A stretch of DNA of 64,000 bases from NCBI GenBank assembly GCA_964414415.1, contig CAYPWJ010000003.1, forward strand, positions 38,784 through 102,783. The letters run 5' to 3'. Positions within the stretch are counted from its first letter, which is position 1. Each line of letters opens with the position of its first letter. The notes under the pieces are model-generated. The model saw only the letters and a list, made by a program, of their open reading frames with translations, was not told where the DNA came from and did not search any database. Both the position numbers and the translations under genes were made by a program. Shown here piece after piece: positions 45,001-54,059 of the stretch. The stretch is from an uncultured Thermoplasmatales archaeon. GTDB taxonomy: Archaea; Thermoplasmatota; E2; UBA202; DSCA01.

Positions 45001-45924
45001 TTAGTGCCTGCCGCGTAGCCGGGGGAGCAGTGCAGCTGTCACTGCCTCTCGTGTCAGGTGTCTCCGCGTGACGGCGCCGTCGGAGAGGAAGCCGGCCAGG
45101 TTTTCCCCGTCCGGTGTCAGATCGCCGATGTCGGTGTCGTTGAGCTCCTCAGTCATCCCTGCCGGTATCTGGAACGCCGGACCGGTTCCACGGGTCATGT
45201 AGCCGGCGCTGTCGACCACTGTGCAGACGTGCTCCAGCATCGCCACCTGGTGCCGGTGTATGATGCCTGCCTCGATGCCGACGCCGTAGTCAGCGCTGTC
45301 GAGGCTCTGCTGTGCCCGGTGGAGTGCGCCCTTCCATATGTCTTCTCCTCTTGGGGTTTCCATGGTTTCTACGGGTGTGGCCGTGCAGTGGATGTCGAGA
45401 TGGCTGAGGAGATGATGGAATGCCTCGGCGGCTGCCGTTCGCTTGGTTTCGTTGGACGTTCCAATGGAGACCTCGAGCGGGATGGCTCGACGGCCGTCGG
45501 TTATCTCTCCCTGGCTGATGCGCGTGGAGCTGATGGGGATGCCGTCGTCCGCCAGCACGTATGGCACGACGATGATGCGGAGCGGCGGGATGTCGTTGCT
45601 GCGCCTGACCTCGTTTATCTTGTTTGCCACCGGCGCTGTCTCGGGGGAGACCACGATGGCGTCGCAGGCCCCGGTAGCTGCCGGTCCGTATTGGTCGTCG
45701 AGTCGTATGATCTGTGCCGCCTCTCCGTTGCAGCTGTCCTGGATGAAGCGATGGAGGCGCTCTTTCCGCTTCTCGTATGGCGGGACGTCTTTGCCGTGGC
45801 GGCTGGCGAGTTCGTCGCTGGTCAGGCCGATGATGACCCGGTCGCCGACGTGGAAGGCTCTGCGGAGCAATGCCTCGTGTCCGGCGTGGATGATGCTGAA
45901 CGTCCCGCCCAGGCAGACCTGCAT
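45001..45924 (-). CDS. coaD: Bifunctional phosphopantetheine adenylyltransferase / inosine-xanthosine triphosphatase (YjjX/DUF84)
   Basis: LGGTFSIIHAGH (HxGH), AIVVSPET, ISSTRI; C-terminal IGTSNETK...KGALHRA...GVGIEAGI. Confidence 0.87.
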   Translation of the reverse strand: MQVCLGGTFSIIHAGHEALLRRAFHVGDRVIIGLTSDELASRHGKDVPPYEKRKERLHRFIQDSCNGEAAQIIRLDDQYGPAATGACDAIVVSPETAPVANKINEVRRSNDIPPLRIIVVPYVLADDGIPISSTRISQGEITDGRRAIPLEVSIGTSNETKRTAAAEAFHHLLSHLDIHCTATPVETMETPRGEDIWKGALHRAQQSLDSADYGVGIEAGIIHRHQVAMLEHVCTVVDSAGYMTRGTGPAFQIPAGMTEELNDTDIGDLTPDGENLAGFLSDGAVTRRHLTREAVTAALLPRLRGRH

Positions 45925-45997
45925 AGACGTGCAACGCCTCCCTGTTTTTTATTGTTGTGCCGGAAAAGATTAAAAATCGCTGGCTGATGTACATGCG

Positions 45998-47542
45998 ATG
46001 AAAAAGCTGGTTGCTGTCGCTGTTTTTCTTTTCGTCGCTGCAACGGTGGTCCCCGCCGTTGGTTTCTACGGGGAGGGAGAGACATCGTCGCCGGTTCAGC
46101 TCGACGTTGCAACCGATACGGCTGCGCGCCCGGTCCGCATTCATTTTCCCACGGATACGCTGCCGGACGGCGAGGCAGCGGTCGTGGTCCCCGGCCCGGC
46201 GATGCCCGTCATCGTGCCACAGGGTCGTTCCTTCGTGGCGAGCGTCCGGCTTGACGGGACGCCGTCGGGCTGGACGTGCAGCCTTGCAACGGCCTACGAT
46301 GCTGTGGTGACGGAGCAAAAGATCACGGTGAAGGATACGACGTTCAACGATTCCACCGGCTGCTGGGACGTCGAGATGCAGGTGTCATCCTCGCTCCCGC
46401 CCGACCTCTATAATCTCACCGTCGAGGTGGAATGCCAGGGCGAGATATACCGGCTGTCGGCCCCGCGGTCTGTATCCGTCGTCAGCGGGTACAGGCAGCG
46501 GTTCTCCTTCGTCCATCTCACTGATTTCCACATCGGCGACCCGCGTGGCTTCAAAGAAAACATCCGGCGGACGCTCGGCTGGAAGGCAGCGAAGAAAAGC
46601 GTCAGGGAGATAAACCTCATGCATCCCGACTTCGTGGTCATCACCGGCGACCTCGTGTTCGGGCAGCTTTACCCGTTCGAGTATGGCTTTGAATACCGGA
46701 CCTGCTACGACATCCTCCAGCGGTTCGACGTGCCGACCTACCTGGTGCCGGGCAACCACGACGGCTACATCCAGACCGGACAGGACGGCCTCGCGTGCTG
46801 GCGGCGCACCTTCGGCCCGCTGTATTACTCGTTCGACTACGGCGACAGTCACTTTGTCGGGGTGAACTCCTACGATTGGCCCAGCAGGAGCCGCCATGCC
46901 ATCTCCTACGTCGCGTTCAACTGGGGCGGCCACGTACAGGGGGAGCAGCTGTCATGGATAGAAGACGACCTCGCCCGGCATGGTGATGCCTGGAATGCGA
47001 TGCTGCTGCATCACAACCCGCTCTGGGAGACCGAAAATGACTCGCTGCTCGGCAACGGCTACCAGGGTCGCCGTGAGCTGCTGTCGCTCATCGAGCAGCA
47101 CGGCGTCGATGCCTGCTTCGCCGGCCACGTCCACTCCGACGACGTCACCATCCGCAACGACACCACCTATATTACCACGACGACGGTGTCCAGCGGCACC
47201 AGCGGCGATGCATACTGGGGGTACCGAGTGGTAGCGATGGACAACGCCTCGCTGGCTGATTTCAACTACACTGTTGACCATCAATCGATTCCGCTCTACC
47301 GTCTCAACTATAGCTACAGCACGAACGACGGGTCAACCCGGACGGTCGAAGCACGCGTGGAAAACGACCTCGCCGTGCCGATAGATGCATACCTCCGGTT
47401 CTACGTCCCTGCAGGCAGCTACACCGCCGAGAACGGCGGCATCGTCAGGCAGCGCAGCGACGGCGACACGATGCATCTCGTCGTTCAGGCAGATGTTGCC
47501 CCCTTGACCACGGAAACCGTGACAGTCCACCCGCCTAGCTAG
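45998..47542 (+). CDS. Secreted calcineurin-like metallophosphoesterase
   Basis: Signal peptide; HLTDFH, ITGDL, PGNHD, HH, AGHVH motifs. Confidence 0.85.
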   Translation: MKKLVAVAVFLFVAATVVPAVGFYGEGETSSPVQLDVATDTAARPVRIHFPTDTLPDGEAAVVVPGPAMPVIVPQGRSFVASVRLDGTPSGWTCSLATAYDAVVTEQKITVKDTTFNDSTGCWDVEMQVSSSLPPDLYNLTVEVECQGEIYRLSAPRSVSVVSGYRQRFSFVHLTDFHIGDPRGFKENIRRTLGWKAAKKSVREINLMHPDFVVITGDLVFGQLYPFEYGFEYRTCYDILQRFDVPTYLVPGNHDGYIQTGQDGLACWRRTFGPLYYSFDYGDSHFVGVNSYDWPSRSRHAISYVAFNWGGHVQGEQLSWIEDDLARHGDAWNAMLLHHNPLWETENDSLLGNGYQGRRELLSLIEQHGVDACFAGHVHSDDVTIRNDTTYITTTTVSSGTSGDAYWGYRVVAMDNASLADFNYTVDHQSIPLYRLNYSYSTNDGSTRTVEARVENDLAVPIDAYLRFYVPAGSYTAENGGIVRQRSDGDTMHLVVQADVAPLTTETVTVHPPS

Positions 47543-48864
47543 AGGGCGACGTGCTGCCCGTTCTGCAGGATGTGGACGTCCCGGCCAAGGGTGTAGCCCA
47601 TCTCCGTGGCGAGCGCCGCGACGGATGCAAGCTTCTGCATGTCGCCGTGCGCCGGCACGATGGAGTTCGGCTGCACGATTTTTATCAGGTCGCGGATGTC
47701 CTCCCGTGAGGCATGCCCCGACACGTGAAGGTCTTTGAACATCCGGGCGTGCTTGTTGTGTATCTTGTGCTCCAGAATCTGGCGGTTGCCCCGGATGGTC
47801 GGCGTCGGGATGACGCCGCAGGCGAAGACCACGAAGTCGTCGGGCTTGATCGTGAACGGCACTTCCTCGTTCGCCATCCGTGACAGCGTCGCGTTGGGCT
47901 CACCCTGGCTGCCCGTCGCCACCACCATGTAGTCATCCCGGTTTTTGTCTATCTCGTCGAGGCGTCCCTTCGACCAGTAGGCGCTCTTGATGATCTCGGC
48001 CTGGCTGGAGAAGTCGACGAAGTCGAGCTGCTCGGCAGCGTTGATATAGTCGTGGAGCGAGCGGCCGACGAACACGACCTCTCTCCCCATGGCCTGTCCG
48101 ACGTCGAATATGCTTTTGAGGCGCGGGGTGTGCGAGGAGAACGTGGTGACGATGACGCCGTGTCCCTCGGTCTCCATGCCGAGGAGGACGTCCCGCAGCA
48201 TCTCCCGTGCCACTGATTCGGAGTAGGTCTTGTTTTCTTTTTCCGCGTTGGTGGAGTCCACGATGAGCGCGACGGTGTTCTCGTTGCCGAGCTGCCGGAG
48301 CCGCTCCTTGTTGGTCGTCTGCCCGATGGTGGGCTGGTTGTCGAACTTGTAGTCCAGCGAGTAGAGGATGTTCCCCGCCGGGGTGATGATGTTGACCATC
48401 GAGGCCTGGATGACGGAATGCGTCGCCAGGATGAACTCTATCTCGAGGGTGTCGGACACCTGGTAGGAGGAGTTGGGGCTGATGCTGATGATCTTGTTTT
48501 TGAGGTTGAAGTTGTCATTCTCCTCCTTCTGCCGCAGGATTTCGGTGACGTAGGGCGTGGTAAAAATCGGGCAGTCATATTGCGAGGCGAGGCGCTTCGC
48601 CGCGCCGATGTGGTCGAGATGAGCGTGGCTGAGCACGATGGCTTTGACCTTGTCGCGTATGTTCGAGATGGGGCCGTCGTCGGGGATGGCGTCTTCCTGT
48701 ATCAGTCGCTTCGTTGACAGCTGGTCTATCTTGTCCTGCAGCGGCACGTACCGGTCCATGTAGATGCCCATGTCGAGGATGACAGCCTCGCTGCCGACCT
48801 CCAGACACGTCATGTTCCGGCCGACTTCCTCGTAGCCGCCCAGGGCATACAGTGTTATATCCAT
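47539..48864 (-). CDS. rnj: Ribonuclease J (beta-CASP metallo-beta-lactamase)
   Basis: ALGGYEEVGRNMT, SHAHLDHIG, THSV, DSTN, TFSSH, GSQGEP, HVSGHAS. Confidence 0.92.
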   Translation of the reverse strand: MDITLYALGGYEEVGRNMTCLEVGSEAVILDMGIYMDRYVPLQDKIDQLSTKRLIQEDAIPDDGPISNIRDKVKAIVLSHAHLDHIGAAKRLASQYDCPIFTTPYVTEILRQKEENDNFNLKNKIISISPNSSYQVSDTLEIEFILATHSVIQASMVNIITPAGNILYSLDYKFDNQPTIGQTTNKERLRQLGNENTVALIVDSTNAEKENKTYSESVAREMLRDVLLGMETEGHGVIVTTFSSHTPRLKSIFDVGQAMGREVVFVGRSLHDYINAAEQLDFVDFSSQAEIIKSAYWSKGRLDEIDKNRDDYMVVATGSQGEPNATLSRMANEEVPFTIKPDDFVVFACGVIPTPTIRGNRQILEHKIHNKHARMFKDLHVSGHASREDIRDLIKIVQPNSIVPAHGDMQKLASVAALATEMGYTLGRDVHILQNGQHVAL

Positions 48865-48917
48865 AGTATATCTGGAGGCCATAAGACCGAGGCCCTATTT
48901 AAATATTGGTAACGCCG

Positions 48918-49145
48918 TCACTCGTTCCGGAAGACCTGTCTGAACCACCGGCTGTAGATGGCGCGCTGCAGCCTGGTGAGCGCGATGTTTTCGATGTTGG
49001 GCTTGACGACGCGGTGGAGATGCAGCCGGATGGCTTCCTTGGCGAACTCGGCGATGGTGTCGTAGCCGCGGTACGGGTCATCCACCACTTTTTTTACCTC
49101 CTCATGCAGCGCCTTCCGCACGGAGATAGTGCTATATTCGGGCAT
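48918..49145 (-). CDS. Ribbon-helix-helix (CopG/MetJ-like) DNA-binding protein
   Basis: Alternating beta-strand YSTISV followed by KALHEEVKKVV and GYDTIAEFAKEAIRLHL. Confidence 0.7.
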   Translation of the reverse strand: MPEYSTISVRKALHEEVKKVVDDPYRGYDTIAEFAKEAIRLHLHRVVKPNIENIALTRLQRAIYSRWFRQVFRNE

Positions 49146-49226
49146 CTCTGCCTCCCAATACGTGTAACGTGTGGCGCCTATTTATGTCCTCCGGAAACCT
49201 TTTTATCCAGCTGGCTTTTCCCTCTC

Positions 49227-50414
49227 ATGCGTCAGGCGATTGCTGCCATCCTCATCGTCGCTGTTCTCCTCGCCGGCTGCACCACGTGGCCCTTCGAGGA
49301 CACCACGCGGGAGGGCTTCAGCGCCGGGGACCTGACCGCTCCGGATGTCTCGTCCTACGAGCGCCTGCAGCCCACGCCGGAGGAGCAGCTGCCCTACTCG
49401 CCGGGCTTCGTCGCTCCCGGTATAAGTATCACGCCGTCCAGTCTGTACGCCCGCTACGGTGGAGCCATCAAGATAACGGTCAACAACACCGGCAGCAACG
49501 ACCTGTTTGTCTACAACGCTGGCCTTGCCATCGACGACGACACCTGGCAGTGGACGGACGGCTCCCGGGGGATAAAGGTGCAGGCCGGTCATACCGGCGC
49601 CATCTACATGGCGGTGGGCGGCGGCCTGTCGCAGCCGGGCTTCTATGATTTCTCGCTGGAGCTCTCGTTCATGGTGAACAACCGCGCCGGCTCGATCCCG
49701 TATGCCTCCTACAAGTGGTACGACGCTGGCACCCGGACGTATAGCTCGTTTTCTAATCTCTCGAGCCTGCAGGTCCAGCCGTATAACAGCAGCAGCAATC
49801 CCTCGCGTTCCTACAACTACTACCGTGATTTCGACCGGGTAAACAAGCGGGTTGACCCGGATCAGCTCCTGGTCCGTCGGACGGCCCGGGACATCGCCGG
49901 GGCCTACGCCGGGTCCACCGGGGCGTACAACGTCGCTATGGTGTGCGCCGTGTTTGACTATCTGCACGGGCATCACAGCTACATCGACGACCCCGACAAC
50001 AGGTGGCAGACGCCGGCGACGACGCTGCAGCAGGGCGGCGACTGCGAGGACTACGCGATGCTGTTCTCGGCGCTGGTGACCAGCCTGGGCGGCACCACGC
50101 GGGTATACGTAACCGACACTCATGCCTTTCCAGGGGTCTACATCGGCGGCAGCGCCGCCGAGGCGCGCCGGGTCGTGCAGGGCATCCAGGCCTACTACGG
50201 CACCGATTTCTCCGTGGCGGTGCTCAAGGAAAACCTGGTTGATGAAAAAAAGATGAGATACTGGCTGGTGGCTGACTGCCTTGCCGGGAGCTTCTATCTC
50301 GGTAATCTGCCGGTGGGCGGCGCGCCGGTCGGCCCGCCGCTGCAGGATCCCTTCTACAACTGGGGCTTCGGCGGGACCAACACCCTCAGGGTCATCGACG
50401 TGATGCCTGACTGA
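49227..50414 (+). CDS. Transglutaminase-like (Cys-His-Asp) lipoprotein
   Basis: Lipobox LLAGC; YIDDP, GGDCEDYAMLFSAL, THAF, LVAD. Confidence 0.8.
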   Translation: MRQAIAAILIVAVLLAGCTTWPFEDTTREGFSAGDLTAPDVSSYERLQPTPEEQLPYSPGFVAPGISITPSSLYARYGGAIKITVNNTGSNDLFVYNAGLAIDDDTWQWTDGSRGIKVQAGHTGAIYMAVGGGLSQPGFYDFSLELSFMVNNRAGSIPYASYKWYDAGTRTYSSFSNLSSLQVQPYNSSSNPSRSYNYYRDFDRVNKRVDPDQLLVRRTARDIAGAYAGSTGAYNVAMVCAVFDYLHGHHSYIDDPDNRWQTPATTLQQGGDCEDYAMLFSALVTSLGGTTRVYVTDTHAFPGVYIGGSAAEARRVVQGIQAYYGTDFSVAVLKENLVDEKKMRYWLVADCLAGSFYLGNLPVGGAPVGPPLQDPFYNWGFGGTNTLRVIDVMPD

Positions 50415-50482
50415 GGGAGCGGGGTGGCGAGGCGGGCGGGGCAACAGCTTTAAATGAGACCGGCCATTACCTGTTGATTGTC

Positions 50483-51904
50483 ATGAAGCTTGACCTCGAG
50501 CCGCAAGTGGTCTGGAAGCATTTTGAGGAGCTCACGAAGATACCTCGCTGTTCCAAGCACGAGGAACGCGTCGCCGAGTACGTCATGGAGGTCGCCCGCG
50601 ATGCCGGATGCACCGTGGGGCAGGACGACGTCGGGAACGTCATCGTGCGGAAAGAGGCAACAGGCGCCTCTGATGCCCCCATGGTTACCGTGCAGGCTCA
50701 CCTTGACATGGTCTGCGAGAAAAACAGCGACGTGGACCATGATTTCTCGTCTGACCCTCTTGACGTCTATGTCGACGGCGACGAGGTGAAGGCCCGCGGG
50801 ACCACGCTTGGCGCCGACAACGGCGTCGGCGTGGCTGCGGCCCTCGCATTGATGGAGGCCGACGACCTCACTCATGGCCCGCTGGAGTTCCTGTTGACCG
50901 TCGATGAGGAAACAGGGATGACCGGTGCCTTCGGCCTTGAGGAGGGAGCCCTCGACGGCGACATGCTCATCAACGTCGACAGCGAGGAAATCGGCTCCGT
51001 GTACATCGGCTGTGCAGGCGGCGCGAACACCACCATCCACCTCCCGCTGTCCTTCGAGGACGCCGACGGCCCGGCGCTGCAGATACAGCTCCGCGGCCTC
51101 AGCGGCGGCCATTCCGGCACCGACATCGACGAGGGGCGGGCGAACGCCATCAAGCTGCTGGCGCGGCTTGTCTCCACCCTCGACGCACGTCTCAGCAGCA
51201 TCGACGCCGGCGACAAGCACAACGCCATCCCCCGGGAGGCAACCGCGGTGGTGGTGCCCACGGATCTCGATGCCACCCGCCGCTTCGTCGGGGAGTTCGA
51301 GGAGACGCTCCGCAACGAGTACTCGGAGACCGACCCGGATCTCGCCTTCGACGTGTCGGAGCACGATGCAGCGCGGATGATGGACGACGACAGCCACGAG
51401 CGGGCGCTCCGCATGCTCGTCGGGCTGCCTCACGGCGTGCTGGCGATGGACCAGCAGGTTGAGGGGCTCGTGGAGACCTCGACGAATCTGGCTGTCGTGA
51501 AGACCGCTGATGAGCTTGAGGTGCTGATGAGCTCCCGGAGCTCCGTCGAGTCGAAGCTCGACGCGGTTTTGCACCGTATCAGGGCTATCGCAGAGCTGGC
51601 TGACGCTGCAGCCGAGGACGAGGGACGCTATCCGGGATGGAAGCCCGACCTTGCCTCGGATCTGCTCCAGCTGTCGAAGGACGTCTGGAAGGAGATACAC
51701 GGCGAGGAGCCCGCGGTGAAGGCCATCCATGCCGGGCTTGAGCCAGGGGTCATCAAGAGCATCATGGGGCAGATGGAGACCATCTCCATCGGTCCGCAGA
51801 TAGAGCATCCCCACAGCCCCGACGAGGTGGTCTACGTCTCCAGCGTGCAGACGTTCTGGGACTACCTGCTCAGGCTGGTGGAGCACATCGAGCAGCGCGG
51901 CTAA
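50483..51904 (+). CDS. pepD: Aminoacyl-histidine dipeptidase (M20C)
   Basis: IPRCSKHE, QAHLDMVCEK, GTTLGADNGVG, DEETGM, DSEE, GGHSG, HAGLE, HSPDE. Confidence 0.92.
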   Translation: MKLDLEPQVVWKHFEELTKIPRCSKHEERVAEYVMEVARDAGCTVGQDDVGNVIVRKEATGASDAPMVTVQAHLDMVCEKNSDVDHDFSSDPLDVYVDGDEVKARGTTLGADNGVGVAAALALMEADDLTHGPLEFLLTVDEETGMTGAFGLEEGALDGDMLINVDSEEIGSVYIGCAGGANTTIHLPLSFEDADGPALQIQLRGLSGGHSGTDIDEGRANAIKLLARLVSTLDARLSSIDAGDKHNAIPREATAVVVPTDLDATRRFVGEFEETLRNEYSETDPDLAFDVSEHDAARMMDDDSHERALRMLVGLPHGVLAMDQQVEGLVETSTNLAVVKTADELEVLMSSRSSVESKLDAVLHRIRAIAELADAAAEDEGRYPGWKPDLASDLLQLSKDVWKEIHGEEPAVKAIHAGLEPGVIKSIMGQMETISIGPQIEHPHSPDEVVYVSSVQTFWDYLLRLVEHIEQRG

Positions 51905-51908
51905 ACGG

Positions 51909-52307
51909 CTACCCCTCTCTTTTTTCTCTTTTTATGTTGTGGGCCCGCGGCCCTTTCTTTGTCTCCTTGACTTCGAAGCTGAGCCGCTGTCCCTCGCGCG
52001 GGCTGAAGTCGAGGTCGTCCCGGTGGAAGAAGACATCTTCATCGAGTTTTTTTACGCTGAGGAATCCGTAGCTCCGGCCGGTGAACCATTTCTTGACGGT
52101 GCCGGTATGCCGCTCCCGGCCCTCCATCGCCAGCCAGCAGTCCCTGCAGAAAAAATTGCCGCACATCGGGCACTCGTAGACCTGGCCGTCGTAGTCGTAC
52201 AGCTGCCGGTTGCAGCGGCCGCACCGCATCTCGTCGAGCAGCTCGTCGGCGCACTCCTGGCAGATGCCCGTATCCGGCTGCAGCAGGTCCCGCACCTTCC
52301 GGTTCAT
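51909..52307 (-). CDS. Cys8 Zn-finger fused to a cold-shock domain
   Basis: CQEC, CGRC, CPMC, CRDC, then GTVKKWF...YGFL (RNP1) and DVFFH (RNP2)...GPRAHNI. Confidence 0.85.
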   Translation of the reverse strand: MNRKVRDLLQPDTGICQECADELLDEMRCGRCNRQLYDYDGQVYECPMCGNFFCRDCWLAMEGRERHTGTVKKWFTGRSYGFLSVKKLDEDVFFHRDDLDFSPREGQRLSFEVKETKKGPRAHNIKREKREG

Positions 52308-52308
52308 G

Positions 52309-52755
52309 CTAATCGAGTGTAATGCTCTGCTGGCCTTTATATTTTCCCGCGTACCGCTGCCGCGGCGCCGACGCCATCTCCTCGAACACAACCTGGCAGA
52401 AGGTGTCCCCCTGCTGGAGCTCGAGTTCCCGGTGGGTGTTGAAGCACGCCAGCGTCAGGGTGCCCTCGAAGCCGACGTCGACCTTGCCGAACGACGCCAT
52501 GACGCCGCGGCGTGCATAGCTGGAGCGGATCCAGAGCTGCGCCGCGTGATGCGGCAGCCGGAGGTACTCGCGGGTGGAGACGGCGAACCACGTCATCGGC
52601 GGAATCGTGGCGTGCCGCGTTGTCTCATCGTCGACCAAGACCTCCTTGATGGAGAGGTCGTAGCCGTTCGGCGTGAGCTGCGCCTCGCTGAACGGCTCGA
52701 TTGACAGGTCGCCGCGTTTTTGTGCCCCGAGGATGTCCGCGTCGGAGAGAATCAT
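52309..52755 (-). CDS. dcd: dCTP deaminase / trimeric dUTPase family
   Basis: MILSDADI, PNGYDL, RSSYARRG, VDVGFEGTLTL, YAGKYKGQ. Confidence 0.85.
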   Translation of the reverse strand: MILSDADILGAQKRGDLSIEPFSEAQLTPNGYDLSIKEVLVDDETTRHATIPPMTWFAVSTREYLRLPHHAAQLWIRSSYARRGVMASFGKVDVGFEGTLTLACFNTHRELELQQGDTFCQVVFEEMASAPRQRYAGKYKGQQSITLD

Positions 52756-52832
52756 GCCCTGCTATGCCGCAGACGGTTTAAAGTGTTATCCCTCTGCCAC
52801 AAATGCCATAAAGCGACGGGCGATATGCCATC

Positions 52833-53993
52833 ATGAGACGGGAAACCATCTGCGTTGCAGAGGAGACAGATGAACCGTCGCGGCCGGTCAACGTGCCGGC
52901 GTATTTCTCCTCGACCTACCATCTCACCGACGAGGCATACCGCAGCATTGCCGAAGGCGAGGGACGCCGCAGCTACGTCTACAGCCGCTGGCGCAACCCG
53001 ACGGTGGCAGCGCTGGAGCACAAGATGGCGCGGCTGGAGGACGGCGGGAGCGCCGTTGCAACCGCGTCGGGCATGGCTGCCATAGCTGCAGCGATGCTCT
53101 CGTTTCTCGACGAGGGCGACGAGCTGGTGACCAGCCGCGACCTCTACGGCGGGACGTTTTCGTTCATCGAACGGGAGCTCCGCAGCTGCGGCATCGGCAT
53201 TTGCTACGTCGACTGCACCTCGCCCGACGAGGTCGCCGCGGCTATCAGCGACGACACCGGCCTGCTCTTCTTCGAGTCCGTCACAAACCCGCTGCTCAGG
53301 GTCGTCGACATCCCGGCGGTGGCAGCGGTGGCGCACGACCACGACGTGCCGCTCGCTGTCGACGCGACGTTTGCCTCACCGGTTAACCAGCAGCCGCTGT
53401 CCCTGGGCGCAGACGTCGTGATACACAGCACGTCGAAATACATCGGCGGGCATTCCGACCTCATCGGCGGCATTGTCGTCGGGACGGAGGAGACCTGCGA
53501 CGGCATCTGGGGGACGATGACCCGACATGGCGGCTGCCTGGATCCACATGCGGCGTTTCTGCTGCTCAGGAGTCTCAAGACGCTGCATCTCCGGATGCAG
53601 GCGCACAACGACAACGCGATGGAGCTCGCCCGCTACCTCGACGACCACGACGCGGTGGAGAAGGTCTGGTATCCCGGCCTCGAGTCGCATCCGCAGCATG
53701 GATTGGCACAGCAGATGCTCCGGGGCTACGGCGGCATGATATCGTTCCGCATCGCTGGCGGCGACGAGGACGGCCTCCGGTTCATGCGCAGCCTCGAGGT
53801 GGCATCAGAGGCGGCGAGCCTGGGCGGCGTCGAGACCCTGGTGAGCATGCCGTTCAACACCTCCCACAGTTACCTGTCGGAGGAGGAGCGCGCCGCCGTC
53901 GGGATCAAGCCCGGCACCATCCGGCTCTCCGTCGGCGTCGAACACGTCGACGACCTCATAGCGGACATCGAGAGCGCGCTGGCTGTCATTTAA
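52833..53993 (+). CDS. Cys/Met metabolism PLP enzyme (cystathionine gamma-synthase/lyase or methionine gamma-lyase)
   Basis: YSRWRNPT, SGMAAI, YGGT, ESVTNP, DATFASP, HSTSKYIGGHSD, SLGGVETL, IRLSVGVE. Confidence 0.9.
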   Translation: MRRETICVAEETDEPSRPVNVPAYFSSTYHLTDEAYRSIAEGEGRRSYVYSRWRNPTVAALEHKMARLEDGGSAVATASGMAAIAAAMLSFLDEGDELVTSRDLYGGTFSFIERELRSCGIGICYVDCTSPDEVAAAISDDTGLLFFESVTNPLLRVVDIPAVAAVAHDHDVPLAVDATFASPVNQQPLSLGADVVIHSTSKYIGGHSDLIGGIVVGTEETCDGIWGTMTRHGGCLDPHAAFLLLRSLKTLHLRMQAHNDNAMELARYLDDHDAVEKVWYPGLESHPQHGLAQQMLRGYGGMISFRIAGGDEDGLRFMRSLEVASEAASLGGVETLVSMPFNTSHSYLSEEERAAVGIKPGTIRLSVGVEHVDDLIADIESALAVI

Positions 53994-54059
53994 CAAGAGG
54001 TATACTTCCGACGTGAATAGGGATGGTTTCTCCGGTCAGCCGGGTGTGTCATCCAGGTC

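Noticed and set aside
45001-45924. CoaD-YjjX fusion as a novelty
   Set aside because: To my knowledge this bifunctional architecture is already described in Thermoplasmata.
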